Below, one piece after another: positions 30,331 through 39,082 of a stretch of 64,000 nt of DNA. Under the pieces are notes generated by a model. That model was not told the DNA's origin, did no database searches, and saw nothing but the letters and a program-made list of their open reading frames with translations. Source of the DNA: Spirochaetaceae bacterium (GTDB lineage Bacteria; Spirochaetota; Spirochaetia; B11-G9); NCBI GenBank assembly GCA_015493635.1, contig WGCU01000041.1:18212-82211 (forward strand), read 5' to 3'. Numbering within the stretch: position 1 is the stretch's first letter; the number at the start of each line of letters is the position of its first letter. Made by a program: the position numbers and the translations under genes.

Positions 30331-31314
30331 ATGAAAAAATGGTACCTTATCGCGCTTAGTATTTTCACAGCAATTGTGTTATTTATGGTCATAACGTTTT
30401 CTTCCGCGAAAGATGCCGTTTCACACTTCTCATTGAAAGAACCGATACAGATTGTTATGAAATCCGAAGGGCAGCCTATGGATTTTTGGGACGTGGTTGA
30501 TAAGGGGATAGATGAAGCAGCAAAGGAGTTCGGCATTCAGGTAAAACTTTCCGGGCCCCGTTACGAAAAGGAAGTAAACAAACAGATAAAAATAATGGAT
30601 CAGGTTATTGATCTGCACCCACCGCTTATTATTCTTGCCGCCTCTGATTATAAACGTCTTGTCCCGTCTGTGGAGCGGGCACATAAACTGGGTATTCCTG
30701 TGGTAACCATTGATTCAGGAGTTGATTCATCTCTGCCTGTTTCGTTTATTGCAACTGATAACAAAGCTGCCGGTATTAAAGCGGGAAGAGAAATGCACAG
30801 ACTGCTTGACGCCCGGAAATTAAAGAAGGTGGCCATCGTCAGTCATATTCAGGGAACTGCCACTGCCATTGACAGAGAAGCCGGGGTTAGTGAAGGGCTT
30901 AAGGACACTCCTGTTACAGGAACGTGGTTTTGTGATGTAGAACAGGAAAAGGCTTACCGTATTACGCTGGAACTGATTAAAGATCCTGCCCTGGGAGGAA
31001 TCATTGCGCTGAATGAAGTTGCCACGCTGGGAGTGGCTCAGGCAATTGAAGAAAAAAAGCTTCAGAATAAAATAATTGTTGTCGGGTTTGATAATGCTAT
31101 TAAAGAACTCTCTCTTCTTGAAGCTGGAGTAATAAAAGCAACCGTAGTACAGCAGCCGTATAATATGGGGTATCTTGCGGTAAAAACCGCTGTCGAGTAT
31201 CTGAAGGGAGAAAAAGTAGCGCCTTTTATTGATACAGGCTCAATACTTATTACAAAGGATAATATGTTTAAACGGGAATATCAGGAATTACTCTTTCCTT
31301 TCAGTAATAAGTAA
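30331..31314 (+). CDS. Membrane-anchored periplasmic sugar-binding-protein-like sensor partner (Peripla_BP, CUT2-like)
   Basis: Uncleaved N-terminal TM anchor followed by a ribose/xylose-binding-protein fold. It is placed directly after the HK/RR pair, as in three-component sugar sensors. Confidence 0.6.
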   Translation: MKKWYLIALSIFTAIVLFMVITFSSAKDAVSHFSLKEPIQIVMKSEGQPMDFWDVVDKGIDEAAKEFGIQVKLSGPRYEKEVNKQIKIMDQVIDLHPPLIILAASDYKRLVPSVERAHKLGIPVVTIDSGVDSSLPVSFIATDNKAAGIKAGREMHRLLDARKLKKVAIVSHIQGTATAIDREAGVSEGLKDTPVTGTWFCDVEQEKAYRITLELIKDPALGGIIALNEVATLGVAQAIEEKKLQNKIIVVGFDNAIKELSLLEAGVIKATVVQQPYNMGYLAVKTAVEYLKGEKVAPFIDTGSILITKDNMFKREYQELLFPFSNK

Positions 31315-31392
31315 CACACCGGAAAAATTTAAACACTTTTCGTAAAATTTTCAATTTCGTTCAGGTGTATTTGGTGTGATAATAACATCACT

Positions 31393-32913
31393 ATGAAAAC
31401 TCAAATACTTGAAATGAAAAATATCGATAAGTATTTTACCGGAGTTCATGCGCTTAAAAATGTGGATTTTAATCTATTTGAAGGCGAAATACATGCCCTT
31501 GTCGGAGAAAATGGAGCCGGCAAATCTACGTTAATGAAAGTTCTTGTAGGGATTTACCCTAAAGATTCCGGGCAGATCCATTATCTCGACCATCTTTTTA
31601 ATCCCCGAGATTCCAAATATGCTCTTGAGATGGGTATCGGTATTATCCATCAGGAGCTGAACATGATGGACCACCTCACGGTGGCCCAGAATATCTTTAT
31701 AAGCAGAGAACCTACGAAAAGAGGAGGACTCCTGCTCGATAAACGTGAGCAGTACCGGCAGACCGAGGAACTGTTCAAGCGGCTGAACATGAATATAGAT
31801 CCCTCGGAGCAGGTTGGACGTCTTACCGTAGGGAAACAGCAGATGGTTGAAATTGCCCGGGCAGTATCACACCGTCTCCGGGTCCTTATTCTTGATGAAC
31901 CTACCGCTGCTCTTACTGATATTGAAATATCCGAGCTTTTTGCCATTATGCGCGACCTTGCAAGCCGCGGTGTGGGAATGATCCACATCTCGCACCGGCT
32001 TGAAGAGATACACCAGATTACCAACCGTGTTACCGTCCTGAGAGATGGAGAGCTTGTTGGTACAGAAAAAACCTCTGAAGTTACAAAACAGCAGATCATC
32101 AACATGATGGTCGGTCGGGTTATATATGAGCAGCCAAAAGCTAAAAGTGCTGTTCCACCAGATGCACCGGTGGTTCTGCGGGTTAACAAACTCAACGCCG
32201 GTAAACTGGTACGTGATGTAAGTTTCACTCTCCGCCGGGGAGAGATCCTTGGTTTCTCCGGTCTTATCGGAGCAGGGAGAACGGAGACGGCACGGGCTTT
32301 GTTTGGTGCCGATGAAATACAGAGTGGTACTATAGAGGTTAAGGGAGTCCGTTCCCAGATCAGATCACCTCAGGATGCTGTAAAAAAAGGGATTGGATAC
32401 CTCTCCGAGGATCGTAAACGTTACGGACTCGCTGTTAACCTGAATATAAAAGACAATGCTGTGATGGCAAGCTATGACCAGTTTCAGCAGGGTTTGTTTG
32501 TTAACGCGAAGCGGGTACGGGACATTACGCAGAAGTATATAGATATGCTCAATATCAAAACCCCCTCCCTTGATCAGCTTCTTTTTAATCTGTCTGGTGG
32601 TAACCAGCAGAAGGTGGTTGTTGCAAAGTGGCTTATCAGGAACAGCGACATCCTTATTTTTGATGAGCCTACCCGGGGCATTGATGTCGGGGCAAAGAGT
32701 GAGATCTATACCCTAATGAACGAACTTACACGAGAAGGTAAATCGATTATTATGATTTCATCGGAGCTGCCGGAGATCCTGAGAATGAGCGACCGTATTA
32801 TTGTTATGTGCGAAGGACGAATTACAGGCGAACTTAATATAGAAGAAGCAACCCAGGAAGCCATCATGGAACGAGCCACCATGGGGCGGCAGGTTGTTCT
32901 TGCAGGGAGTTGA
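31393..32913 (+). CDS. Sugar ABC transporter ATP-binding protein (two fused NBDs, RbsA/MglA/XylG-like)
   Basis: 506 aa. Walker A GENGAGKST, then a second NBD with its own signature LSGGNQQK and Walker B ILIFDEPTRGID. Confidence 0.85.
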   Translation: MKTQILEMKNIDKYFTGVHALKNVDFNLFEGEIHALVGENGAGKSTLMKVLVGIYPKDSGQIHYLDHLFNPRDSKYALEMGIGIIHQELNMMDHLTVAQNIFISREPTKRGGLLLDKREQYRQTEELFKRLNMNIDPSEQVGRLTVGKQQMVEIARAVSHRLRVLILDEPTAALTDIEISELFAIMRDLASRGVGMIHISHRLEEIHQITNRVTVLRDGELVGTEKTSEVTKQQIINMMVGRVIYEQPKAKSAVPPDAPVVLRVNKLNAGKLVRDVSFTLRRGEILGFSGLIGAGRTETARALFGADEIQSGTIEVKGVRSQIRSPQDAVKKGIGYLSEDRKRYGLAVNLNIKDNAVMASYDQFQQGLFVNAKRVRDITQKYIDMLNIKTPSLDQLLFNLSGGNQQKVVVAKWLIRNSDILIFDEPTRGIDVGAKSEIYTLMNELTREGKSIIMISSELPEILRMSDRIIVMCEGRITGELNIEEATQEAIMERATMGRQVVLAGS

Positions 32914-34202
32914 ACAGTATGGAAAACAGTATGAGCATCAGTCGTATGCAGCAGTTCAAGGAACGGGGGCTTAAGTACGTACTGGCCCCTGCCGCTTTGC
33001 TTATCCTCTATGTATTTTTCGGTATTTTCGGCCGGAATTACTTTTCGTATCCGACCCTCGTCAATATTATTGATGCGGCTTTCTATATCGGTTTTATTGC
33101 CATGGGAGAAACCTTTGTTATTATTTCAGGGGGGATAGATCTCTCCGTCGGAACAGTGATGATGGCATCGACCCTTATTGGAGGAGTCGCTCTCAAGCAC
33201 GGCTTCCCCATGTGGCTCTCGCTTATCATAATTATCCTTGTTGGAATTGCTTTCGGTACGTTCAACGGTTTTTTTGTCTCACAGCTGAAGATGCCTCCAT
33301 TTATCGTTACTCTTGGTACCATGATGATCTCCATGGGCGTCGGTTCCATCGTATCAAACGTCCAGAGTGCCACCTTTCCCATCCGCGGTCATGCCGGCGG
33401 CTGGTTTAAAAGTATCTTTCTTTACCTTAATCCTTCCGGCGGAATGATTCCCACAGGGGCATTACTTCTTCTTGCGGTAGGGATAATCTGTCATTTGATG
33501 CTGTCAAATACAAAACTGGGCCGTTATACCTATGCTCTCGGGAGTAATATGGAAGCCGCACGGTTATCGGGTGTTGATGTTAAAAAATGGCAGATGATGG
33601 TTTACATTATCGCAGGTGCTACAGCTGGTATCGGCGGAATTTCCTACGCGGCCATATATACCACAGTACTGCCCGCCCAGGGGCAGGGATTTGAACTTTA
33701 TGCGATTGCCGCGGCAGTTATCGGAGGTACATCCCTGGCCGGCGGTATAGGTACCATCTGGGGGACGGTTATCGGTGTATTCATCATGTCAGTCCTTGCA
33801 ACAGGTCTGCCTTCCTTGAATCTACAGGCGCATTGGCAGACGTTTTTTACCGGAGTTATTGTTATAGGAGCTGTTCTCCTTGATATGTACCGAAACAAGA
33901 AAGCTTCTGAAGTGCATATTGAAACACCGGCGGATATATACAAGGCGAAAAAGACTGCCGAGATTGCAGCAATGAAGCTTAAATTAACCGAGATTATGTC
34001 AGCAGGTGATCATGCCGGGGCAGCTGAACTGAAAACCAGGATATCTGCAGTCCGGAGAGAAATGAAAGCAACGTACGTTAAAATGAAATCTGAGGAAAAA
34101 GCAGTGAAAGCCAGAATTAAAGAGGAGGAGCGTAAGGCTGACCACGAGTTTGCGGAAATGCTTAAGCATAAGGATCTTCCTTCGAACAAGGTAGGGGAAT
34201 AA
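32910..34202 (+). CDS. Sugar ABC transporter permease (RbsC/XylH-like) with a roughly 100 aa charged helical C-terminal tail
   Basis: The roughly 330 aa polytopic core resembles CUT2 permeases. A Lys/Glu/Ala-rich tail predicted to be helical follows (KAKKTAEIAAMKLKLTEIMS...EEERKADHEFAEMLKHK). Confidence 0.8.
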   Translation: MNSMENSMSISRMQQFKERGLKYVLAPAALLILYVFFGIFGRNYFSYPTLVNIIDAAFYIGFIAMGETFVIISGGIDLSVGTVMMASTLIGGVALKHGFPMWLSLIIIILVGIAFGTFNGFFVSQLKMPPFIVTLGTMMISMGVGSIVSNVQSATFPIRGHAGGWFKSIFLYLNPSGGMIPTGALLLLAVGIICHLMLSNTKLGRYTYALGSNMEAARLSGVDVKKWQMMVYIIAGATAGIGGISYAAIYTTVLPAQGQGFELYAIAAAVIGGTSLAGGIGTIWGTVIGVFIMSVLATGLPSLNLQAHWQTFFTGVIVIGAVLLDMYRNKKASEVHIETPADIYKAKKTAEIAAMKLKLTEIMSAGDHAGAAELKTRISAVRREMKATYVKMKSEEKAVKARIKEEERKADHEFAEMLKHKDLPSNKVGE

Positions 34203-34330
34203 ATTTGAATACTCCTGGATCCGAAACAAGTAAGTCTGCACATAAGCTGGAGGTATAATGCATCGGTTTGAACTGAAAATAGTTTATGTGAGTAGATAGA
34301 GGGAAATACAGCAGCAGTATTGAATGCTGT

Positions 34331-34366
34331 GCCGGCTGAAAAAGCCTCAGCCGGATAATTTTTTTG
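34331..34366 (+). terminator. Rho-independent terminator after the permease gene
   Basis: GCCGGCTGA-AAAAGCC-TCAGCCGG hairpin followed by TAATTTTTTT. Confidence 0.5.
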
Positions 34367-34411
34367 CGGGTTTATTTTAATTCGCAAATAAAACCTTTTT
34401 AGGAGGATTTT

Positions 34412-35539
34412 ATGAGTAGTTTCAAGAGGATGGGAATGGTTCTTGTAATGGCTGTTATCATTATCGCCCTGGCAACTCCCCTGTTCGCCAACGGTAAGAA
34501 GGAGAGCACTAAGAATGCAGGTGCTTCGAACGAAAAGATCTTTATCCCCATGATTTCAAAGGGATTCCAGCATCAGTTCTGGCAGACCGTTATGAAGGGT
34601 GCCAAGGCTGCCGCTAAAAAGTACAACATTGAGATGACGTTTGAAGGTCCGCCTACAGAAGCAGATATTCAGCCCCAGGTACAGATGCTTGTCAACGCTA
34701 TGGCAAAGGATCCATCAGCTATCTGTCTGGCAGCGCTGGATACCAACTCGGTTATGGACCAGCTGAATGAGGCCGTAAGAAGAAAGATCCCGATAATCGG
34801 TTTTGACTCCGGTGTTCCCAATGCTCCCAAAGGAGCCATCTATGCTACCGCTGCCACAGATAGTTATGCCGCTGCCGGGCTTGCCGCACAGAAGATGTTT
34901 CCTGTTATAAAAGACAAGATCATGGCTGCGACGGCAGCAAATCCTGTAACGATTGTTGACTTCAACCAGGATGCTACCAGCCAGTCGGTAACTGACCGCG
35001 GTAAAGGATTCCGGGACATGATGATCAAGCTTATTGAAACAAAAGCTAACCGTTCTGCAAGTGACATCAAGGTCGTCGGTAATCCGGCATACATCGCTTC
35101 TGACACCCCAACCAAAGGGAGTGCCATTATTCTTGATATGCAGGTTCCCGCTTCACCTAAGGATACAGACGCAACGAACACTGCCCAGGCTATTCTTAAC
35201 CGGGTAAAGTCTGACAACGTTCTCGGTATTTTCTGCTCTAACGAAGGGACAGCACGAGCTATTCTTGCTTCCTCCAATGACGGCAGTTCCCTGCCTACAC
35301 AGTATCCCGGTCTTATTGTTATTGGTTTTGATGCCGGTAAGGCACAGAAAGCTGCTGTCCGCGACAAATACTTCTTTGGTGCTATTACGCAGGATCCCTA
35401 CATGATAGGTTTTGACGCCATGGAGCTGGCTTACAAGGCTGTAAAGGGCCAACCTGTAGCCAATGTTGATACCGGAGCCAAGTTCTATGACTCGACAAAC
35501 ATGGACCAGCCCGACATTGCTCAACTTCTCTACGATTGA
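34412..35539 (+). CDS. Periplasmic sugar-binding protein (CUT2 family) with a cleavable signal peptide
   Basis: 375 aa. Signal peptide MGMVLVMAVIIIALATPLFA. Peripla_BP-type fold features. Confidence 0.75.
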   Translation: MSSFKRMGMVLVMAVIIIALATPLFANGKKESTKNAGASNEKIFIPMISKGFQHQFWQTVMKGAKAAAKKYNIEMTFEGPPTEADIQPQVQMLVNAMAKDPSAICLAALDTNSVMDQLNEAVRRKIPIIGFDSGVPNAPKGAIYATAATDSYAAAGLAAQKMFPVIKDKIMAATAANPVTIVDFNQDATSQSVTDRGKGFRDMMIKLIETKANRSASDIKVVGNPAYIASDTPTKGSAIILDMQVPASPKDTDATNTAQAILNRVKSDNVLGIFCSNEGTARAILASSNDGSSLPTQYPGLIVIGFDAGKAQKAAVRDKYFFGAITQDPYMIGFDAMELAYKAVKGQPVANVDTGAKFYDSTNMDQPDIAQLLYD

Positions 35540-35633
35540 TATTTCATTCCCTCCGTAGATTTTTTGCCGGTACCTTAAGGTGCCGGCATTTACTTTCTAA
35601 AACAAAAAATTCTACCTGAATAGTAAAAACCCC

Positions 35634-35662
35634 TTGAACAGAATACAGGTTATATATATTAT
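35634..35662 (+). promoter_or_regulatory. Putative sigma70 promoter (TTGAAC-N17-TATTAT) upstream of the ferredoxin-like gene
   Basis: Read directly. A GGAG ribosome-binding site lies 7 nt before the ATG at 35703. Confidence 0.3.
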
Positions 35663-35702
35663 TAGTTAGTCTATCTAATTATATATTGACAGGAGTTCCT
35701 CC

Positions 35703-36341
35703 ATGAAAAAGAAAAGTGCAAAGAAAACAGCTTTAAGGATTGTAAGTCAGATATTTTTTCTCGGTGTTTTTATATTCTTGATTTTTAAGGGAAGGCTGCA
35801 GCTCTGGATGCCTGTATTTGCAGGAGGGGTCCTCCTTTCGCTTGTATTCAGTAGATTCTACTGTGGCTGGATGTGTCCCATGGGGACCCTTTTCAGACCA
35901 ATCCGATGGATATACGGTAAACTGGGTATTAAGAGATTAAAGCCGCCGGCTGTTTTCAATAAACCTGTTATCCGGTATGGAATTCTCATATTGATGATTG
36001 CCGCACTTGTGCTGTCCCTTAAGTTCAAGGTTCGTATAAATATACTGCTGTACATCACCATCTTCTCCGTTGCTGTTACCCTGTTCTTTGAGGAAACGTT
36101 CTGGCACCATCACCTGTGTCCTTACGGAACCCTTCTTAATCTTTCATCCCGGCCGTCGGTTTTAAGTGTAAAAATCGATGAAGAGGGCTGCACCTCCTGC
36201 GGGCTCTGCCAGAAAGTCTGCCCCGCTTCGGCAATAGAAACCCTGGAGTCAAAAAAGCGACATATTATTAAAAATGAGTGCCTGACTTGTTTCAAATGTC
36301 AGGAAGTATGTCCGGTAGATGTGATACACTACAGGACATGA
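35703..36341 (+). CDS. Membrane-bound 4Fe-4S polyferredoxin (NapH/MauN family-like)
   Basis: CGWMCPMG motif, four TM helices, and two CxxCxxCxxxCP ferredoxin motifs (CTSCGLCQKVCP, CLTCFKCQEVCP). Confidence 0.6.
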   Translation: MKKKSAKKTALRIVSQIFFLGVFIFLIFKGRLQLWMPVFAGGVLLSLVFSRFYCGWMCPMGTLFRPIRWIYGKLGIKRLKPPAVFNKPVIRYGILILMIAALVLSLKFKVRINILLYITIFSVAVTLFFEETFWHHHLCPYGTLLNLSSRPSVLSVKIDEEGCTSCGLCQKVCPASAIETLESKKRHIIKNECLTCFKCQEVCPVDVIHYRT

Positions 36342-36742
36342 GTAACGAACGGAAACTTATAGCTTTACTTAAAAAACTAATGAGCTCTGGAGCGGGGCAG
36401 CCTCCCCCCGCCCGGCTGGGCCTTTCGGTAACGCAGGTAAACATTATTGATGAAATTGCTGAAGCAGGTGAACTTTCTGTCAGAGAGTTGTCCCGGGTTC
36501 TCGAGCTGACTCCTCCTACGGTTAGTGTGGCGGTAAGAGAACTGGTCGAGGGAGGATTTTTACAGAAAACAGCCGATAGTTCTGACGGAAGGGTGAAAAA
36601 GATACAACTTACAGGGAAAGCCCGTTCTCTCCATGACAAAATAGAACACTATCGTCTGGAAAAGGTAGGTAAACTGCTTTATCACCTGAATGAACAAGAG
36701 CAGATAATGTTTCTTGATCTTTTGTCAAAGGCACTTGAGTAA
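36338..36742 (+). CDS. MarR family transcriptional regulator
   Basis: Winged HTH of MarR type (LSVRELSRVLELTPPTVSVAVRELVEGGFL). Its ATG overlaps the upstream stop (ATGA). The ORF track start at 36278 is an in-frame upstream extension. Confidence 0.7.
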   Translation: MSNERKLIALLKKLMSSGAGQPPPARLGLSVTQVNIIDEIAEAGELSVRELSRVLELTPPTVSVAVRELVEGGFLQKTADSSDGRVKKIQLTGKARSLHDKIEHYRLEKVGKLLYHLNEQEQIMFLDLLSKALE

Positions 36743-36752
36743 AGATGGTAAG

Positions 36753-37832
36753 CTACCGTTTTACCCGCGCGTTTCCTTCCCAAATGCTCCACACCTGTTC
36801 TTCATCTGCAGGCTGTCCGTAATCGCTGAGAAGGGTAGCAGCAAGAGCTCCGCTGGCCCAGCTAAAGCGGATCCATTTCTCTGGTTCCCATTTCTTGAGA
36901 ATACCGTACAGCAATCCTCCGACGAAACCATCGCCGCCTCCAATTCTGTCAAGGACAACAATGGACCGGGGTTCTTCCACATGGAATATACCTTCATTCC
37001 ACATGACGGCACCCCACAGATGATTGTTCGTATTGACAACCTGACGGAGCGTTGTAGCGAACACGGTAACGTTACTGAATGTCCGGTGAGCTTCGTTGAT
37101 CATCTCTTTGAAACTTTCTACCTTCGTTCCAAGATCTTTTCCCCCTGCTTCTGGACCTCTAATACCGAGACAGAGCTGGAAATCCTCTTCATTTCCAACA
37201 AGAATATCGCTGAGTGAGGCAATTTCTGTAAAGATTCCCTTAAGCTCCTGTTCTCTGCCCTGCCAGAAAGAGGCCCGGTAGTTAAGGTCGAAGGATACAA
37301 GAGTTCCGTATTTCTTTGCTGTTCTTGCCACTTCCAGGGAGAACCTTCCTGTTTCTTCCGAGAGGGCCCCTATTAGTCCTGAAAGATGAACAATCTGTAC
37401 CCCCTCAGTTTTAAAAATCTTTTTCAGATCAAAATTTTCCACCGTAAGGAGCCTTCCCACTTCTCCGGCCCGGTCATTGTAAACCCTCGGTCCCCGGGAA
37501 CCGTATCCGCTGTCCGCAATATTTATCTGATGGCGTACTCCCCATGGTCCATCCGGTTCAATCTCAGGACCTTCATAGTCCATGTGCCGTGATGCAAGAT
37601 TGTCCTTTATCATTCTGGCAAGAGGACTCCCCTTAACAAAGGCAGTCAGGACTTTAACCGGTAATCCCAGATAAGAAGATACACTTGCAACATTTGTCTC
37701 TGCGCTGCTGACATCCAAGCTGAAAAGAGAACTGGTATGGACCGGCTGTCCCTGTAGCGGTGTCAGCCTGAGTCCCATACTTGTCGGGACGAGAAGGGAA
37801 TATCTGCAATTGTTCCGTAACTGAATACTCAT
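36753..37832 (-). CDS. kdgK: PfkB-family sugar kinase, 2-dehydro-3-deoxygluconokinase-like
   Basis: PfkB ATP/anion-hole motif DRIGGGDGF. The hexuronate-gene neighbourhood supports the assignment. Confidence 0.6.
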   Translation of the reverse strand: MSIQLRNNCRYSLLVPTSMGLRLTPLQGQPVHTSSLFSLDVSSAETNVASVSSYLGLPVKVLTAFVKGSPLARMIKDNLASRHMDYEGPEIEPDGPWGVRHQINIADSGYGSRGPRVYNDRAGEVGRLLTVENFDLKKIFKTEGVQIVHLSGLIGALSEETGRFSLEVARTAKKYGTLVSFDLNYRASFWQGREQELKGIFTEIASLSDILVGNEEDFQLCLGIRGPEAGGKDLGTKVESFKEMINEAHRTFSNVTVFATTLRQVVNTNNHLWGAVMWNEGIFHVEEPRSIVVLDRIGGGDGFVGGLLYGILKKWEPEKWIRFSWASGALAATLLSDYGQPADEEQVWSIWEGNARVKR

Positions 37833-39082
37833 TTCAATCCTCCGAATAAAGGTACTATATGCCGTACGTACAGGTTCTCTGTTACGTTTCTGCTTATTTC
37901 GGTACGGCAGCTTTCGAGAGCATTCAGGTATCTGTCTCCCATTTCTGCCGCGACTTTGTATCCTACATGGAGAAGTTGTCTCAGATGCATGTTGTAACGG
38001 GGATCAGTTTTGTCATGCCGTAAAGCTGATGCAAACAGTTTCCCGCTCCAGGTTGATACATCGTCAGGAAGTGGAAGTTTTGCTCTGTCAATATTGATAA
38101 CATCAGCGTAAGGCCTGCATAGCTCATCGTATCTGCCGTAAGCTGATTTGTAGATCTCTTTTGCAATCTGCAGCCCTTCTCCCCCTGCCTCTGCGAGTCC
38201 GATCAGCTCTTCCAGCCAGGTTGTCCCGGCCGTTTTTATGTGGAGACCGGCATCGTGTTTCCTGAGTGCTTTCTGTATAACCGGATAAATGGAAAACTTG
38301 TCACTTCCCGAATGAACACTCAATTTAAGATTTTCCGGAAGACTAAATTGAGTAACAGCATACGCGATAACTGATATATCTTCATTAAACTCCTTTTCAA
38401 ATCGGGTAATATTCCCTTTGTAATCGACCCCTTTGTTGAACCTTCCGGTAAATTTCGGTGCAATGGTCTGGAGAGGAATCCCTTCGTCTGCAAGTGCCGC
38501 CAGGATAAAAAAGAGTTCTATCGGTGTTTGCGGAGTGGAAGTTTCATCCATGGAAACTTCGGTAATAAAGTTTTCAGTTCCTTTTTTATTTTTAATGTAA
38601 CGGTATATTTTCCCCGCTTCACTGACGGCATAAAGATAGTGTGATGCAATGTCTGTAAGGATCTCCTGTGTTATGGAATATGGTTTGGGTATACCCGGAA
38701 TTTCAAGAGAACCAATATACGGTCTGCAGAGAGTAAAAAAAGAGTTTTTATCCTGTTCAGAAGCTCCCCTGCCGATGTATGCCGCAACATCGAGGGTAAA
38801 GAAATCAGAAGTTTCAATAAAAATGTCGATGGTTTCAAGGTTTATATGGTCGGCATCAACGTAGTAAGCTCCTTCCCAGTCAAGGTTACTGACGGCACGG
38901 TCTGCCGCTTGCCGAACAGAGACTGGATCAGTGTGAATTATCGCATGTTCCCTGTAGGATTTGTTCCAGACAATGGCAAGATTGATCCCGTCCTCTTTTG
39001 CTGCCATTACCGCCTGCAGCTGGGCTTCCGCCTCTTTTGTAAATCGGTCTCCGGTACCGATTGAATATTTTTCAAGACGCAT
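37829..39082 (-). CDS. Hypothetical sugar-acid isomerase/epimerase, possibly tagaturonate/fructuronate epimerase UxaE-like
   Basis: 417 aa soluble protein overlapping kdgK and uxaC by a few nt. The assignment rests on context only. Confidence 0.3.
   Translation of the reverse strand: MRLEKYSIGTGDRFTKEAEAQLQAVMAAKEDGINLAIVWNKSYREHAIIHTDPVSVRQAADRAVSNLDWEGAYYVDADHINLETIDIFIETSDFFTLDVAAYIGRGASEQDKNSFFTLCRPYIGSLEIPGIPKPYSITQEILTDIASHYLYAVSEAGKIYRYIKNKKGTENFITEVSMDETSTPQTPIELFFILAALADEGIPLQTIAPKFTGRFNKGVDYKGNITRFEKEFNEDISVIAYAVTQFSLPENLKLSVHSGSDKFSIYPVIQKALRKHDAGLHIKTAGTTWLEELIGLAEAGGEGLQIAKEIYKSAYGRYDELCRPYADVINIDRAKLPLPDDVSTWSGKLFASALRHDKTDPRYNMHLRQLLHVGYKVAAEMGDRYLNALESCRTEISRNVTENLYVRHIVPLFGGLK

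Noticed and set aside
31650-32228. 192 aa antisense ORF inside the sugar ABC ATPase gene
   Set aside because: Shadow ORF opposite a gene with canonical Walker motifs. It is Ser/Arg-rich because of codon complementarity.
34864-35524. Antisense ORFs (167 aa and 123 aa) inside the sugar-binding protein gene
   Set aside because: Same reasoning. These are shadow ORFs opposite a strongly supported binding-protein gene.
36278-36337. 5' extension of the MarR ORF
   Set aside because: It overlaps the ferredoxin-like gene. The ATG at 36338 gives a normal-length MarR protein and overlaps the upstream stop.
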